The position numbers were made by a program, and so were the translations under genes. Shown here in pieces: positions 22,942-36,700 of a stretch of 64,000 bases of DNA. Below the pieces are notes generated by a model that made no database searches, was not told the origin of the DNA, and was given only the letters and a program-made list of their open reading frames with translations. The stretch is from the NCBI GenBank assembly GCA_964057225.1, contig OZ059895.1, positions 6,014,001 to 6,078,000 of the forward strand, read 5' to 3'. This DNA comes from Auanema rhodensis (Eukaryota; Animalia; Nematoda). Position 1 is the stretch's first letter. The number at the start of each line of letters is the position of its first letter.

Positions 22942-24750
22942 TTTTAATATAAAATAATTCTAATATTACCTGAGTTGTTCGATATTCTGCAGGAAGATCA
23001 TACTCGTCTAGAGTTCCAGGATAGAGAACGCGTAAACATGTACGCAAATTATCACTAAGTTTATATGATATAGATATTAAAAGTTAATATAATTATATAT
23101 AAATACCGTTGGCATTTTTCCAATTGATCATATCCCGGTATTTCACGTGGCATCTTCAATTCATAATATAATGGTCGCGCCATATCCAAATATCGACGAA
23201 TACAGTTATCATACTGAGCTACTGTGCATACGTTAGTTGAATTAACCATATATGAAAAATCACTAAAATAATAAAATAAATATAAATTATAATAATATTG
23301 ATTTGATTATATGTGTTTTCTTACCGGTAACGAAACTGGTCATATGGTAAAAGTTCAGCCATTAATGGATGACACTGACAGAAATGAGTTGCTACCTTAG
23401 AAAGTAAATAATAATATTTTTAATTTTAATATAAAAACCATTATATTGCATAATAAAAGGTTTGTTTCATTTCTTCTAGCCGCTTTCCTATCAGCAGATT
23501 CAGCATCGCCAATAGCTTGACCACACTCCAAACGACGCGTCATACCTCTTTTCTTTAAACAAAATAAATTCTACGATTAAGCATAATATTATAAGTTCAC
23601 CTCTTTCTGCATACGTAAACGAGCTCCTCTTTTGTCGGAAAGACGAATAGGATTTTGTAATTCAGCTGATAATTTTATAATATCAGATCCATTTTCAGCC
23701 AAAAATATATCAATTCCTGGATGATTTGTCATATAGGTATTGGAAAACCATGAATTACGAGAAATCTTCAATTACTATATAGTAATATAATATTACATAA
23801 TATATAAATCACCTGGAAAACCATATGAAATTGACGATGAACTGATGAGCCGTTTTGCCACATTTCATCATTTTGCCAAACCCAGCATAAGCCATTTGTT
23901 GAAGGAAAACGATGTGTCACATATCGACAACAGTCAAAACTGGATAATTCCACATTCTAAATATATAATTATGAATTTATATAAAAAACTTAATCATTTT
24001 ACCTGATAACTACATGAGCTAATCATGCTTTGACATTGATATTGCATTCGATTGATGCTCTCATTACGATTCATAGTTGAGATATATTGAAGAAGAATAT
24101 TATTTCCTTGAAAACATGTTAAGTTAAGTATAAAATAATAATAATAATAGTTTATAATAATTAAAAATTGATAGATAGATGTGTTAAACTAGCCTTGTTC
24201 CATAAAGCTGTTTGAAGCTGGAAAGTAATCCGCTTGTTCTCGCAATGATGGATCTGTCCATTCGCGAAGATACCTGTAATATTATGTAAATTATATTATA
24301 AATTATATTATATAATATTATAATATTACCGTATACTTTGATCTTGTCTTATATTAGAACTGATAGAATTAATACCATCTTGGGAAAATGGCATCCGATT
24401 ACATATAATGATAGCAGGAATATATAGTTGATCAACATTTACACTTAAATAATACACGTGAATATTTAAAATAAAGATTACGTGAGTAGTTAATTAGCAT
24501 ATTATATGAAATGAAAGGTTTTAAAAAAGTTTAAAATAATCTTATATTTAATATTTAATTATTATTCAAAACTTTATAGCATTTTGAATAAGTTTTGTAC
24601 ACAACATTCAACTTACAGCTTGACTTCTTCCTTATACGAATTATCTGTATATCGAAATATGAAGTACAGCGAATGCAAAACAAAAACAGCAAAACAACAA
24701 ACAAGAAGTAGAAGAATGACGAATCCATCACAGATTATCTTACATGACAT
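22364..24750 (-). CDS. Divergent DEG/ENaC (degenerin-like) two-TM channel subunit
   Basis: TM1 followed by IPAIIICNRMPF (PAVTICN-like), CQSMISSCSY, TNGLCW, a Cys-rich thumb (FCQCHP, CTVAQYDNC) and pre-TM2 LYELLSFIGYNLALWF. Confidence 0.75.
22908..22936. repeat. (TA)n microsatellite in an intron
   Basis: About 14 uninterrupted TA units. Confidence 0.9.
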
Positions 24751-27700
24751 GCCTGAAATATACCTTTCATTACTTAAAAAAACAAATTATTTCTAAATTT
24801 AAATAACTGTAATAGAAAGAAGAATTTATTTCTAAAGAAAAATTGAAATATATTATTTTCTAAAAGCGTTTAGCAACTCAAATAAAATTTTTTTTCCAAA
24901 TTCTAGTAAATCAGTGCCATTTCAAAAATTATCAAAACCAATCATAGATACATAAATCCCAGCGGGAATTGTTCAAATTATGAACGAGTGAAATGCAAGC
25001 ATATAGTTTTTAAAAAGGAAAAGAAGAAATTGTTCAATTTAGATGAAAAAAATAGAATAAAAATGAAAAGTATAGTATAGAAACATAGATTGATTGAAAA
25101 AAATGTTTTGGTTTTTTTTTTGAAATAAAAAGGAGGAATCAAAGAAAATATTATTATTATTCAAATATAATAACATGTTTAGTTTTCTTAAATATTGGGG
25201 TTAATAGTGAAGAATAATATGAGGTAGCAGCTGGTAATATATATGACCTAAGCATAGAATAGAGAAATGAAGGAAGGTTAAGCTTCATAAAGATTTGATT
25301 TGGATACAATATGTTAATGAAATCAAAATACAAATTTATTATTTTATCTTTAAAAGTAATAATATAAATATCTTCAAGCTTTAATTTATATTTTGTAAGC
25401 AAAAGATAATGCAAAATGCTTTGAAATAATATGATTCAAATCTTTGAGACAAACAAAAAAATGGAAAAAAAACATAGAGAGAGACATCTTGGAAGGATTT
25501 AGAACCGCCAATCGACCAAGAAGCAGCTTTGGTCTCATATCTATCAACGTCAAAATGGCACAAATAAGGAAAAGCTCGCAAAAATACTGAACTCTATGTT
25601 CTGGCTCGGTTTACATAGAGAAATGGCTCTTTCATGTTTAATAGCAACAGAGGTGTGGCTCTACTAATCCTATCATTCAGGTATTCATGAGTTACGAATT
25701 CATAATTAGACCTGTATGATCATATGCTAGTTATGGGTTTTCTCTATATTTCATATATATTTATCTCATTCTCTCTCTCTTTATTTTAATATATTTCTCT
25801 TGCTATTGGAGCTAAGACATGAAGCCAAAAGCCTTAAAGCTGACCACGTCCAAAGCAGCATATCTCATTTCAGTTACCTAATTTGGTAAGTAAACATAGA
25901 ACCATATGAATTTATAAAACAAAGGATTAGCTGATTTCTTATTACTATACTATAGTTAAAGTACTCCTATAGTATTATACCTAACCAAACAGATTTTAAG
26001 GCATGTTGAATCAAAAACGTAAGCCATAGTTGCAATGTCCACCTGACATGCATTCATTTGAACATATCAAGCAAAACATAAAATATTCCGAAAAATCTTT
26101 TTCAAAAATTCAAAAGAAATAAAGTAAAAATAGGGAAAAAAATCTGGAATGGAAAGTTAACTTCATTGGAGCTACTGATCAGATGAGTCACAACATCAGA
26201 AGCTAGGCCACAGAAAATTAGAGAGATCGCAACAGACTTATGCCGATTTAAGATTTACATCTTAAAAGAAACATTTAATGAAATAAATAATAAACAGTTT
26301 TTAGAATTTAAAAAAGTGAAACAAGAAGACTATCACAACATATCAAATAAATTCTATGAGCATCTAGCCTCCGGGTTAAACAAGGAGAATACTGTGTCCA
26401 TGGTGACCACCAGCTCTTCCGCAATTGACCAGAATAATTAGTAGTGGTTGGGTTGTAACAAAGTCGATGGTCAATGAAAGCATTTCAATAAAATAATGGT
26501 CTCTTCACACACTATTGCTTCAGAGCTTAAACTGAATTCTCTTTATATTATTTTAAAATTAGAAAAGTAAAGTTAAATTTTAAATAAAATGTATATAGTT
26601 AGAGTATTAATAAAATGATATAAATATAAAATGAAATAGTAATTGTCAAATGAATAAGTTGAACAAGAATTGGTTTTATAGTAAAACATAAATATTTCAT
26701 AATTATGAATTTATCTCAACATCTAGTTGGATTCATGTAATTTCGCTACAAAGTGTTCAATTGTAAAGACGGAAAACTTTTGCAAACCAAGACACTACCG
26801 GAAACTATTAGTGCGCAAGCTTGAGCCGAAGGACGTTAGTATGAAGTATAAGTAACTTACTAGCATGTATGAAACATTCAAAACTACAACAAGGAAAAGA
26901 TAGAGACGTTCAGAAAAGGGAACATGCATTGCTTCAATACTTTTCAAGAAAACGCGTCGAACAAATTGAGATGAGATGATCGTTCAGCGATAAGATGTCT
27001 CTGAATAGTATACAACCAAATGCATAACATTGAAAGGAAGCGCTTTCATTCCAGTAAAATAAGAATGAACCCTTGCATGTTCAGAAAAAAAAGTTGATTA
27101 TGCGACACAGCATTGTCGGACTATTATTTGAAGCATGGAAAGTCAAATTTATATCAAAATATGAGGATGAAAACATAAAAAATGAAAAAAAAACTTACTT
27201 TTCATCGTTTTTCAGTTACCAATTTGCTATTGTCAAATCAAAAATATCTGAAAAAAAAAGAAAATTAATTTCAAATCATCGAGCAATGAATTGAAAGACA
27301 AATCTTTTAACATAAGCGTATAACTAAGTGAAAGAAATGAAGGTATTTGCACAATTGAAAAGGACACTAGTAGTAGCCAATTAAGAAATTTTCATGCCCA
27401 GTCCATTTCTGGTCTGTGTTCGCATCATATTACCTTATAAGTATAAGTAATGAAGTCCAGTAATTGATATCTTACTTAATTATTATTCTTGAAACTATAC
27501 TTCATATAGTTGACAATATAATTATATAAGTGTTGTTCGAACATGATTAACAATGAAGTTTAAGTCTCCACAACAACTTTTTTATTAGGCTTCCCTCCGA
27601 TAAAAGTAGTTTAATTTAACTGCCATGGTTAACTTCTTCAATAAGTTACAGATAATCTTTTTCAAAAATTCAACAAAGATGAAATATATTTGTATTTCAA

Positions 27701-28409
27701 ATTATAGACATTATGAGATGTCATTGAATTGTTATTCAAATTTTCAATATTAATTTTTTTGGATATTAATGTTATAAGATAAATAATCCTTGTAATCTGA
27801 AGATTATATTTCCATACATTAGATAAAAAAAGTAAAAAGATTTTTATAAATATCAGTTTTAAAGCTTGAAAGATATCATTATCGAAAGTGCATTTCTCTT
27901 CCATATTACTGTTTAGTATACTTAACCCCTGGTAAGTTGCAGTTACTCTGCATAAAGAAAATCGGCCATTTCAAACTTTGTGCTTTCCAGTTTTACTCAT
28001 TTACAAACTCGATATTTCCGAAATATTACACAAGACAGTTAATAATTCAGCAGGTCGAAGCTTTCAATTCAAATCGAACTAAAATTGTATTTGATTCATA
28101 TTGGTAACAACGCGGAAGATTACGTATGATATTAAATGGCTTAATGTTTGAAAATAATATTTTTTTAAGGATACGTTGCTTTTCACTGATATGTTCTTAA
28201 AACTTTACTTCAAACTGATTGTTTAGTTACTTTAGTTTGTATCCATTTTCTCTAAATTACTATCTTCCAATATTATAAGCCATCGAGCTCCAATCGTTTA
28301 ATGAATAAATTCCCGATTTCGGTAAAAATAAGCCACTTTAATTTTAAATTATTTTTCATCGCTTAGACAACAAAAATTGTTAACAAAATTAATAAGAAAT
28401 AATTTTAGA

Positions 28410-29394
28410 ATGGACACAACTGAAGATGAAAACTTTGATGCTCCAATGGTAAGAGTTTTCTTTCTTTTTCTGAATTCTTTCCAATTATTAAGGTGGGAAC
28501 CAAAGCAGCCTTAACAACAATGCCTTACCAAACCCAAGAATGTATTTTGTATGGTTCTGTACATCAAGATTTTGTTGCTGTATTGTTGTCAATTTCTTCT
28601 GTATAAAATTGAAAAATTGAAGGATCTTGAGCGAAGGCTGGCTGGTTTATGCGACCATGGGTCTACAGATTTTCATGAGCATGAAATGAGCTTCAGCTTG
28701 AAAACTGGTATTAGTAACGACCCTGATGTATGTATTAGGTAAATATTTGCATATCATATAGTAACTCTTTAACTGATAATAAGGCTGAGAAGACGTTTCA
28801 ATCTGGAGAACAATAGTTCGCATCAAAATCTATGGCAATTCAGATATATTGGAGGTGTTTATTTATATTAAGGCTAATGCATAATTAAGTATTTTAAGGT
28901 CCGGAACCCGATCAGAAATGTCCTGTCATAGTAAGAAAAGTAATTGATTCAATAACTTACTCGTATAACATGATGGAGTTTGTAAAAACAATTGGTAAAG
29001 CCTCATGAACAGTTATTGAATGCTTATATATCTGCTTCAGGTTTGAGAATGGATTATGAATTTATTGCTAAAGGCACAGCGTACACTTGTGGAAAAATTA
29101 AAATTGTTGTTAGTTCTCTTCAAAAATCCGAAAAGGTACTTTGTTAAATTTTTTTCTATTCCTATTATTGTACAATCAGGCTGGAAATTATGATAATCTG
29201 AAACGCTTATTGGAGTCTTATTTGGTGGAAATGAGCATAAGTTTGCCTGATAGTTCCGAATATACCCAGGTTTTGATATTTCTGTTCAATTAAGAAATAC
29301 CAAAGTGTTTTAGGCTGCCAAACAGTTACGTGATTTTGCTGACCAACTTTTACCCCTTGTTGAAATGCAGAAAGTAGATTATTTCAGAAAATAA
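28410..29394 (+). CDS. mdt-18: Mediator subunit MED18
   Basis: QECILYGS..DLERRLAGLCD..FHEHEM..WQFRYIGGPEPD..LRMDYEFIAKG..LRDFADQLLPLVEMQKVDY. Confidence 0.93.
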
Positions 29395-29546
29395 TTTCAT
29401 TAATTTATAATTTTGTGCATTCATGATCTCTCAATTGAATATTTATATATTTTTTTTGTTTAAATCATTCCGATTTCGGTATTATGAACAATGCGAGTAA
29501 ACTTTAACTTGTACATTTCAAATTATTTCCTTTAGAAGAATTGCAA

Positions 29547-31634
29547 ATGTCAGATCCTAACGAGATTACCATGGATCACAATAATGTAACTCAGACAGTT
29601 GCTGAAGATAATCAAACATCTCATCCTGAAGATCTCAAGGAACATATTCAAACTCAAGAAGTATCTGGTATTCTTATTGTCTAGAATCCAATTTACTCTA
29701 TAAATGTCTAGATGGTAAAAAAAAACTGAAAATTGCTGTAGCAGGATGTTCTCATGGAGAAATGGATAAGATTTATGCCGCTCTTGCTGAACTTGAAGCT
29801 GAGCATAATTTTAAGTATGATCTCCTTATTTGCTGTGGTGACTTTCAGGTTAAATTGTCTGGAAAATAACATATTTCTCAATTTCTTAAGGCAGTTCGAA
29901 ATTACGGTGATTTAGCTCATATGCATGTACCAGACAAGTTCAAATCTTTACAAACTTTTTACAAATATTATTCTGGTGAAAAGGTGATTCCTTCATCTAT
30001 TTACTATAAAATCAGCAAACTTTAGGTAGCACCCATACTCACTGTATTTGTTGGAGGAAATCATGAGGCATCCGGCTACTTATCTGAACTTCCATATGGG
30101 GGTTGGGTTGCACCTCGAATTTATTATATGGGGTTTTCGAATGTCATCAAGTATGTTATCATAATTAATTTTAGTAATAGTTATATGTAATAGATTTGCT
30201 GGTTTGAGAATTGGTGGTTTATCTGGTATTTTCAAATCTAACGACTTTCACAAAGGTGTTTAACATAGGCTTCCACTTCATTTAGTTTTCTGTTAAGGTC
30301 ACTACGAAAGACCACCCTATCAAGATGATCGTTCTGACATGATCTCAGCTTATCATGTTCGAAACTTTGATATATGGAGGTTAAAACAGCTAAAACCCGT
30401 AGAAAGTTGTGATCGAAAAGTATACTCTTTTGTAATAATTTGATAAATTTGAACTTTTGAGAATTCCTTGGATATAATGATCACTCATGATTGGCCATGT
30501 GGCATAACCGATTATGGAGATGTTGATGTTCTTCTTCGTATAAAACCGTTTTTCAAAGACGACATCGAAAATGGTAGATTAGGCAATCCTGCCACGATGA
30601 CTCTTCTACATGTAAGCTGAATTTTCTACATAAATCAAAACATATTCGAAATGTTCAGGATATAAAGCCTCGTTACTGGTTATCAGCTCATTTGCATGTT
30701 ATGTTTGCCGCTTTTGTTCCCCATGTCGCGAAAGAAGGAGAACGTACCCCCGAGCCAACTCGGTTTCTCTCTCTGGATAAGCCTATTCCCAGAAGACATT
30801 TCTTACACGTTCATATATATATTTGGTGTGTTACTTTTGAACATTATTATATTTTAGACTTTGGAGATAGAAGTAGACGAGAACGCACCGCTGAAACTTG
30901 AATATGATGCTCATTGGTTGGCCATTCTCAAAAGCACGGATCATTTAACTTCGACTGACCCTCGGGTTTATATTTCGTATTTTTATTTTAAAGTTTCAAC
31001 GTATTTTAGCCAGCTCATATGCCTTCAGTACATAGCAGTGAAAGATTTGACTTCCGGCCAACAGAGGAAGAGTTAAATGCTATTGAAACACTAGGTGATC
31101 GGACAATCCCAGAGAACTTCCGTGCTACTGCTCCACCAATTAAGCAATTAACTTCCGAAATGAGGCATAATTCAACACCAAGCCTGTTTTACAAGTTGAC
31201 ATTGTTTTCTTGGCACATAAATTCGAATATATTCCAGAAATCCACAGTCTACTGAGTTTTGCAATTGGCTATCTATAACAGATATAAATCAAAAGCTCAT
31301 TGAACAGAATCCTAATGGTGTAGGAACTGCAAACTATTTAACTAATATAGACGATGCAGACATGGCAGATTCTAATGAAATTCGAATAGATGATGATGTA
31401 ATTCATATTTTGAAAACAAAACAGTAATGATTCAATCATATATAGGTGTTTGATGGTGAAGACTTCGTCATCGATACTCGTCCTACAACGGCCTTACTTC
31501 CAAATGAAGGAGACAATCCACCCAACACCTACTTGGATGATTTTCAAGCGCCGTCCTGGAAAGGATCTAAATCATCGGATAATTGTGAAGAATTAACGCT
31601 GAAAAGAAGAAAGGTTGATATTGAAGACCAATAG
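29547..31634 (+). CDS. dbr-1: Lariat debranching enzyme DBR1
   Basis: [33 protein letters not shown] and FLSLDK metallophosphoesterase motifs. Starts 152 nt after the mdt-18 stop (operon-like). Confidence 0.97.
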
Positions 31635-32238
31635 CAATCGTGTTGTTTTAATTGCTGATTGAGATAAATATGTTTTCTCAAAATTCATTTTTCCTTCTTT
31701 TCATTATAAATTGCGGTTCATAACTAACATAAATTGAAAATTAAAAAAACAAAAATAGTAAATATACATTGCATATGCCATTGGTTGTCTATAGAATACT
31801 TTCAAAGTAGTATTGAACTTTTATGGTCATAATAAGATGGTGTTTTCGTTCATTTAGAAATCGTTAATTAATGCTAAAGTAGAAATGCGCACGTTTCAAA
31901 GACATTTCAATGTATCCATAACCTATCTAATTTTCATTCTCATGTGATTCCTGAGATGAAACACATTAGGAAGCAATAGAAAAGATCATATGTTTCGTTA
32001 AGAACAGATATTTAGAAATAACTGCGCCCCTTTTGCGTACGCCTGTTCGATATTCCACGCCTCCCACCTTTTTGGTGTTTGGTAGCATATATTTTGAAAA
32101 CTATATTTCTTTTTACCCTCTGAATTTTCTTTTTAGGCGATTTTCATAGATATGCGATTCCATGCTTAATTTTGTACTCACGTTGCTAAACCTTTATTTT
32201 TAAATGAAAGTTATGTGTATTATTATAAAATTGTAGAC

Positions 32239-33266
32239 ATGAGCAGCTCAGAGGAGGTTAGCTGGATTACTTGGTTCTGTGGTCTCCGTGGGAATGAATT
32301 TTTTTGTGAGGTATAATCGAGTTGTTCTAACATTGCCCTATTTTGTTTTGTGTAGGTAGATGAAGAGTATATTCAAGACAGATTCAATTTAACTGGATTA
32401 AACGAGCAAGTTCCTAAATACCGTCAAGCCCTCGACATGATTTTAGACCTTGAACCAGGTTTTTATTTTTTCCATTTTTTATGAATTGAACATAAACTAC
32501 AGAAGATGATATAGATGAGAATCAAACAGCTACGGATCTAGTTGAACAAGCAGCTGAAATGCTTTATGGTCTTATTCATGCTCGTTACATTTTGACTAAT
32601 CGAGGAATTTCTCAAGTATGCTTTCTGTATAACTATTTTTATAAGCATTTTGTAATTAGATGGTAGAGAAATGGCGCGATCATGATTTTGGAGTATGTCC
32701 TCGTGTGTATTGTGAAAATCAAGCTATGCTTCCAATTGGTTTGTGCCCTCAGTTAAATTTTCTTGAATTCCTATTGTTTGCAGGTTTGTCTGATGTGCCA
32801 GGTGAGGCTATGGTGAAATTGTATTGTCCTCGTTGCTGCGATGTGTAAGTTGCATATTAACGCTTTCAGAAATATTTCTGTTTCTTAGATATGTCCCTCG
32901 TTCTACACGCCATCAACATACTGATGGCAGTTATTTCGGTACCGGTTTCCCTCATATGCTCTTCTTCGTACATCCCGAGTTTCGTCCAAGTAAATGTGCT
33001 ACTCAATTCGTGCCTAGGTAAAAGAGAGTTTCACTTCCGTTAAATTTTTATTTTCATTCAGACTTTATGGCTTCAAAATTCACCCTACAGCTTATGCTTT
33101 ACAAAATAGGCATGCACCGTTTATACCGGTAAAAGTTTATTAATTTTGAGAGGTTAATTATTTATTTATTTACTTTTAGCACCAACTTTCAACACAACAG
33201 CCCATTCAATCTTTAACTCCAGCACAAAACGAAAGTTCTGGAGCACAGTTTTCCTACGGTGTTTAA
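32239..33266 (+). CDS. kin-10: Casein kinase II regulatory beta subunit
   Basis: [51 protein letters not shown] zinc ribbon, [11 protein letters not shown]. Confidence 0.98.
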
Positions 33267-33770
33267 TTTATGGTTTGCATAACAGAAATTGCTGTAACAT
33301 CTTGTTTTCTTGTTATATTCACTATAGTTATCTTTTCCTCGTCATGGATGATTCTGTACGAAAAATGAACATTCGAAAGAATTTCCGTTATTGTGTACTT
33401 CGGTTTGAAAATAAATTTTTGAAGATGCTTAATTAAATGAATCAATGTGAATCACTAATTCTAAACTTTAAATTAATAATAAACAATGAAGCACATATTA
33501 CAATATGCACTAGTTTTTATAACATGATCAAACATAATATCTTTATAACAATACAAGAAATCGATCACATATATAATTTCTGGCATCATATCCAATGCTT
33601 CGCATCGCTTTGCATGTTGTTTACGTACTTGTAAACGCAGTGCAACTCATGCTTTCTCTCAATCACATGCTAACTTATTGCCATCATAAGACCTCATGTC
33701 GATATCGCTTCTTTTGTTCTTTCTTTATTTTTGATACAATAAGTTTATCTGTTTTCAGATAGCTCTAGAT

Positions 33771-36700
33771 ATGACTGCTTCTGCCAAGGAAAGTCTCCTT
33801 GAATTTGAGGTAAGTTGGAATTATTAAGTCTATTATTAAAACATTTTGGTCACCACTGAAGAAAGAAAAAATATTATATTACATTTCAGGTTATTCCCGA
33901 AAAGGGGCTAACGAACCCTAATATAGAATTCACACTAGGCATGCCCATTAATCAGGTTTTTTTTGTTAAGTTTATGCTTGTTCAGTTATCAATTGCAGGT
34001 TATAAGTATGTTATTAAAAACTAGAATGATTCAGAACATAAAATTCTACTATTCTCGTAAGGTAGGGACTTATAGTTGTTTTTATTGTTTTTATTTATTA
34101 TTTTAAGGATCCCTTTTCAAAAGAAATTTGTTTAATCCTAGACTCTAACGGCATTAATTTATATTTTGATCCCTCCTCACAGCTTCTTCGCGTAGGTGTT
34201 CATTTTGTTTGTCGCAATTGATTTTTGAAAATTTCAGTCTATCGTTGTAAATGATTTCAGCAAGATAATATTAACATACAAGTACGATATTTAATTTCTT
34301 TCTTTAATTAACTATTTTCTTGTAGTCAAAAACCCTTTTCTTTGCCTGATGCCGAAGTTACTCTTGATAGATTAGATCAATGTTTTGGCTCTACAGTACC
34401 TGGAGGTTGGTTTTCATATACATCAGTTTTTCTTATTTTTTATATTCTTTTTTTTTCTAGTATACGATGAGCAACAAAAGCTATATGTACAGTTTTGGCC
34501 TGGTCTTTCATTTGTTTTTCCTAATAATGTAGGAATGCATGTTGCCGTAAGTTTCAGCTACTCTTGTTATTCGATTCATATATTATGTTTAGCCTGGTTT
34601 TGGGCAACAGCTTTCTTCTCTACAGTACGCGGCTCAACCAAAACTTGTCAGCATGTCTATATTTAAGGGCGCTTCTCCTAATAAGATGGAGTAGGTTTCA
34701 CTATATGACTTATTTTTAAATTAAATGAATTTTTTTATTCTAATTTTGTTAAAGAGATGTCGAGATGCCAATGTCCTCGTATTGTGGTCAGAATAAGATT
34801 AATAGCATAAAATGTGATCTTAATAGGATTGAAAATGGTTTCGAGATCAGTTTTGCCACTCAAGGTAAGTATTGATGAGATTTATTAAAATTCAAAGTTT
34901 GTTTCACTCAAGTTTTTCTTATTTATCTCTTCTAGTTTTTATCTAAAAATAATAAACATATTTTCAAACACCATGAAAAAGTTATTTTATTCAACCCATT
35001 CATTTTAATCTGTTTGACGCGATTTCCTTTTTTTTTATTAAATGGAAGTTGCTTAATTGATTAGGTGACTAGTTCGTTTTAAATTACTTTTTTTTTTTAC
35101 AGAGATTCATAGTTTGGGGCAATGTGATTTAGTTCGTATGACAAAAACCATAAAGTTTGGAGATACTGTAGCTGTATGTTTTTTTGTTTCCTATTTCTAT
35201 TTTGTATTTTATGTTTCATTTTTAATCAATCTATCTATTTATAGACTGTTTTATCTGCGCTGGGCGCACCATCTAAAGTATTTTATAAAAGTGAAGACAA
35301 AATGTCTATTCATCGACTTGAAGGCAACAAAGAAACATATAAGGGGCATTTGCCTCACTTTTTCTTCAATTATTTCTCAATGGGAATGGTGGGTTTATTT
35401 TTTAGTTACCTTATTAGTTAATATTATGGAGGTTGACTTCTAATTAAGTCTGTATATTTATGGTTATTCGGGTTAAAGGCGTCATAATCTCATGTTCTGA
35501 AGCCATTTTCTTGCGGGTTATTAGCTATAATTAGGATTGTATGCCCGATTAGGCTGCCCTTCGTTCATCTGTGCTGCTCTAAATATCCTGGCAGTATCTC
35601 AGCATCTAATATAGACTGCTGTATTGTCGGTTTCAATTAAGTAAGGTGCCAGCTGTTTTGCGCAATTGCCTTACCCCGGATTCAGGAAGGAGAGTCGATT
35701 TTTAAATGACCACCAATAGACAGCTAGTAGTTGTTTATTGTATGACAACGAAGAACAAAAAAAGAGACAACCTCTAATTAGCTATGCACAAGGATAGAAA
35801 GAACCTTTAGCTCGCTCTATTATTGGCAGATCACCTTGCGTTTCGTATGGAGCAAGTAGTAAATGCCACTTTTGTGTTGTAGAAACTAAACAAATAGTTC
35901 TTTAGTACAATTTTACATAAAATTCTGCCTTATAAGCGAAAATACTAATAAAATAATCTTTATTCTTATGACTATGTACAAATATATTTTCATGTATATA
36001 CATATAGTTTTTAAATCTCCAAAATGAGAATAGGAATGTGTTATATACCAAAATAAGAAACATCGCAAAATTTTGCTGGCGGCGGGGGCAATGGTGGATC
36101 TGTGGGAAGACTAATCATACAACTACTGGGAGAGCTCGATGTGATATGATCTGTTGTTAGTGGAGTTTGCGAATATTCTCTAGTGACATAGCTTCCTTTA
36201 TATTGCCGTTCTCGCAAGTAATACAGACAGAATAGTAAAACTGTGAGAGTCATTGCTGTGATTAGAATTCCAGCTAATAGAATTAGTAGTTCGCTACTCT
36301 GAGCTAAATCGTAACTAGCTCCAAGAATAATGGCACAATCATTGATCTAAAATATTAAAATATAGTTTACCATTTTTGCGGTTCAACTGAGACATTATTA
36401 TATTAGGCCGATTTCGTTTTAAAGAATCAAGTAGCCGTAAAATATAATAAGACAACTTACTCCTTCGACTTGAAGTACAGCTTGACCTCTAACAAGCTTA
36501 GGCTGCATGCATTGAACGTGCTGGTAATTAAGAGCGTGCCTTAGGTAGAATCTGTTCTTCATATGACTTTGTATCCGCTTGATCGAACATGTGCAGTCCC
36601 AGGGGTTGGCATGTAGATAAACCTGACAAAGGATATGTAACTGATTAATGTAAGTAGTGCCACTAACCTTTTCTTGTTTATCGATGAAATCCATAATATC

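Noticed and set aside
26861-27000. Possible upstream minus-strand exon (MHVPFSE..|GTAAGT) of the DEG/ENaC gene
   Set aside because: Phase does not match the acceptor at 24753 and no linking exon was found.
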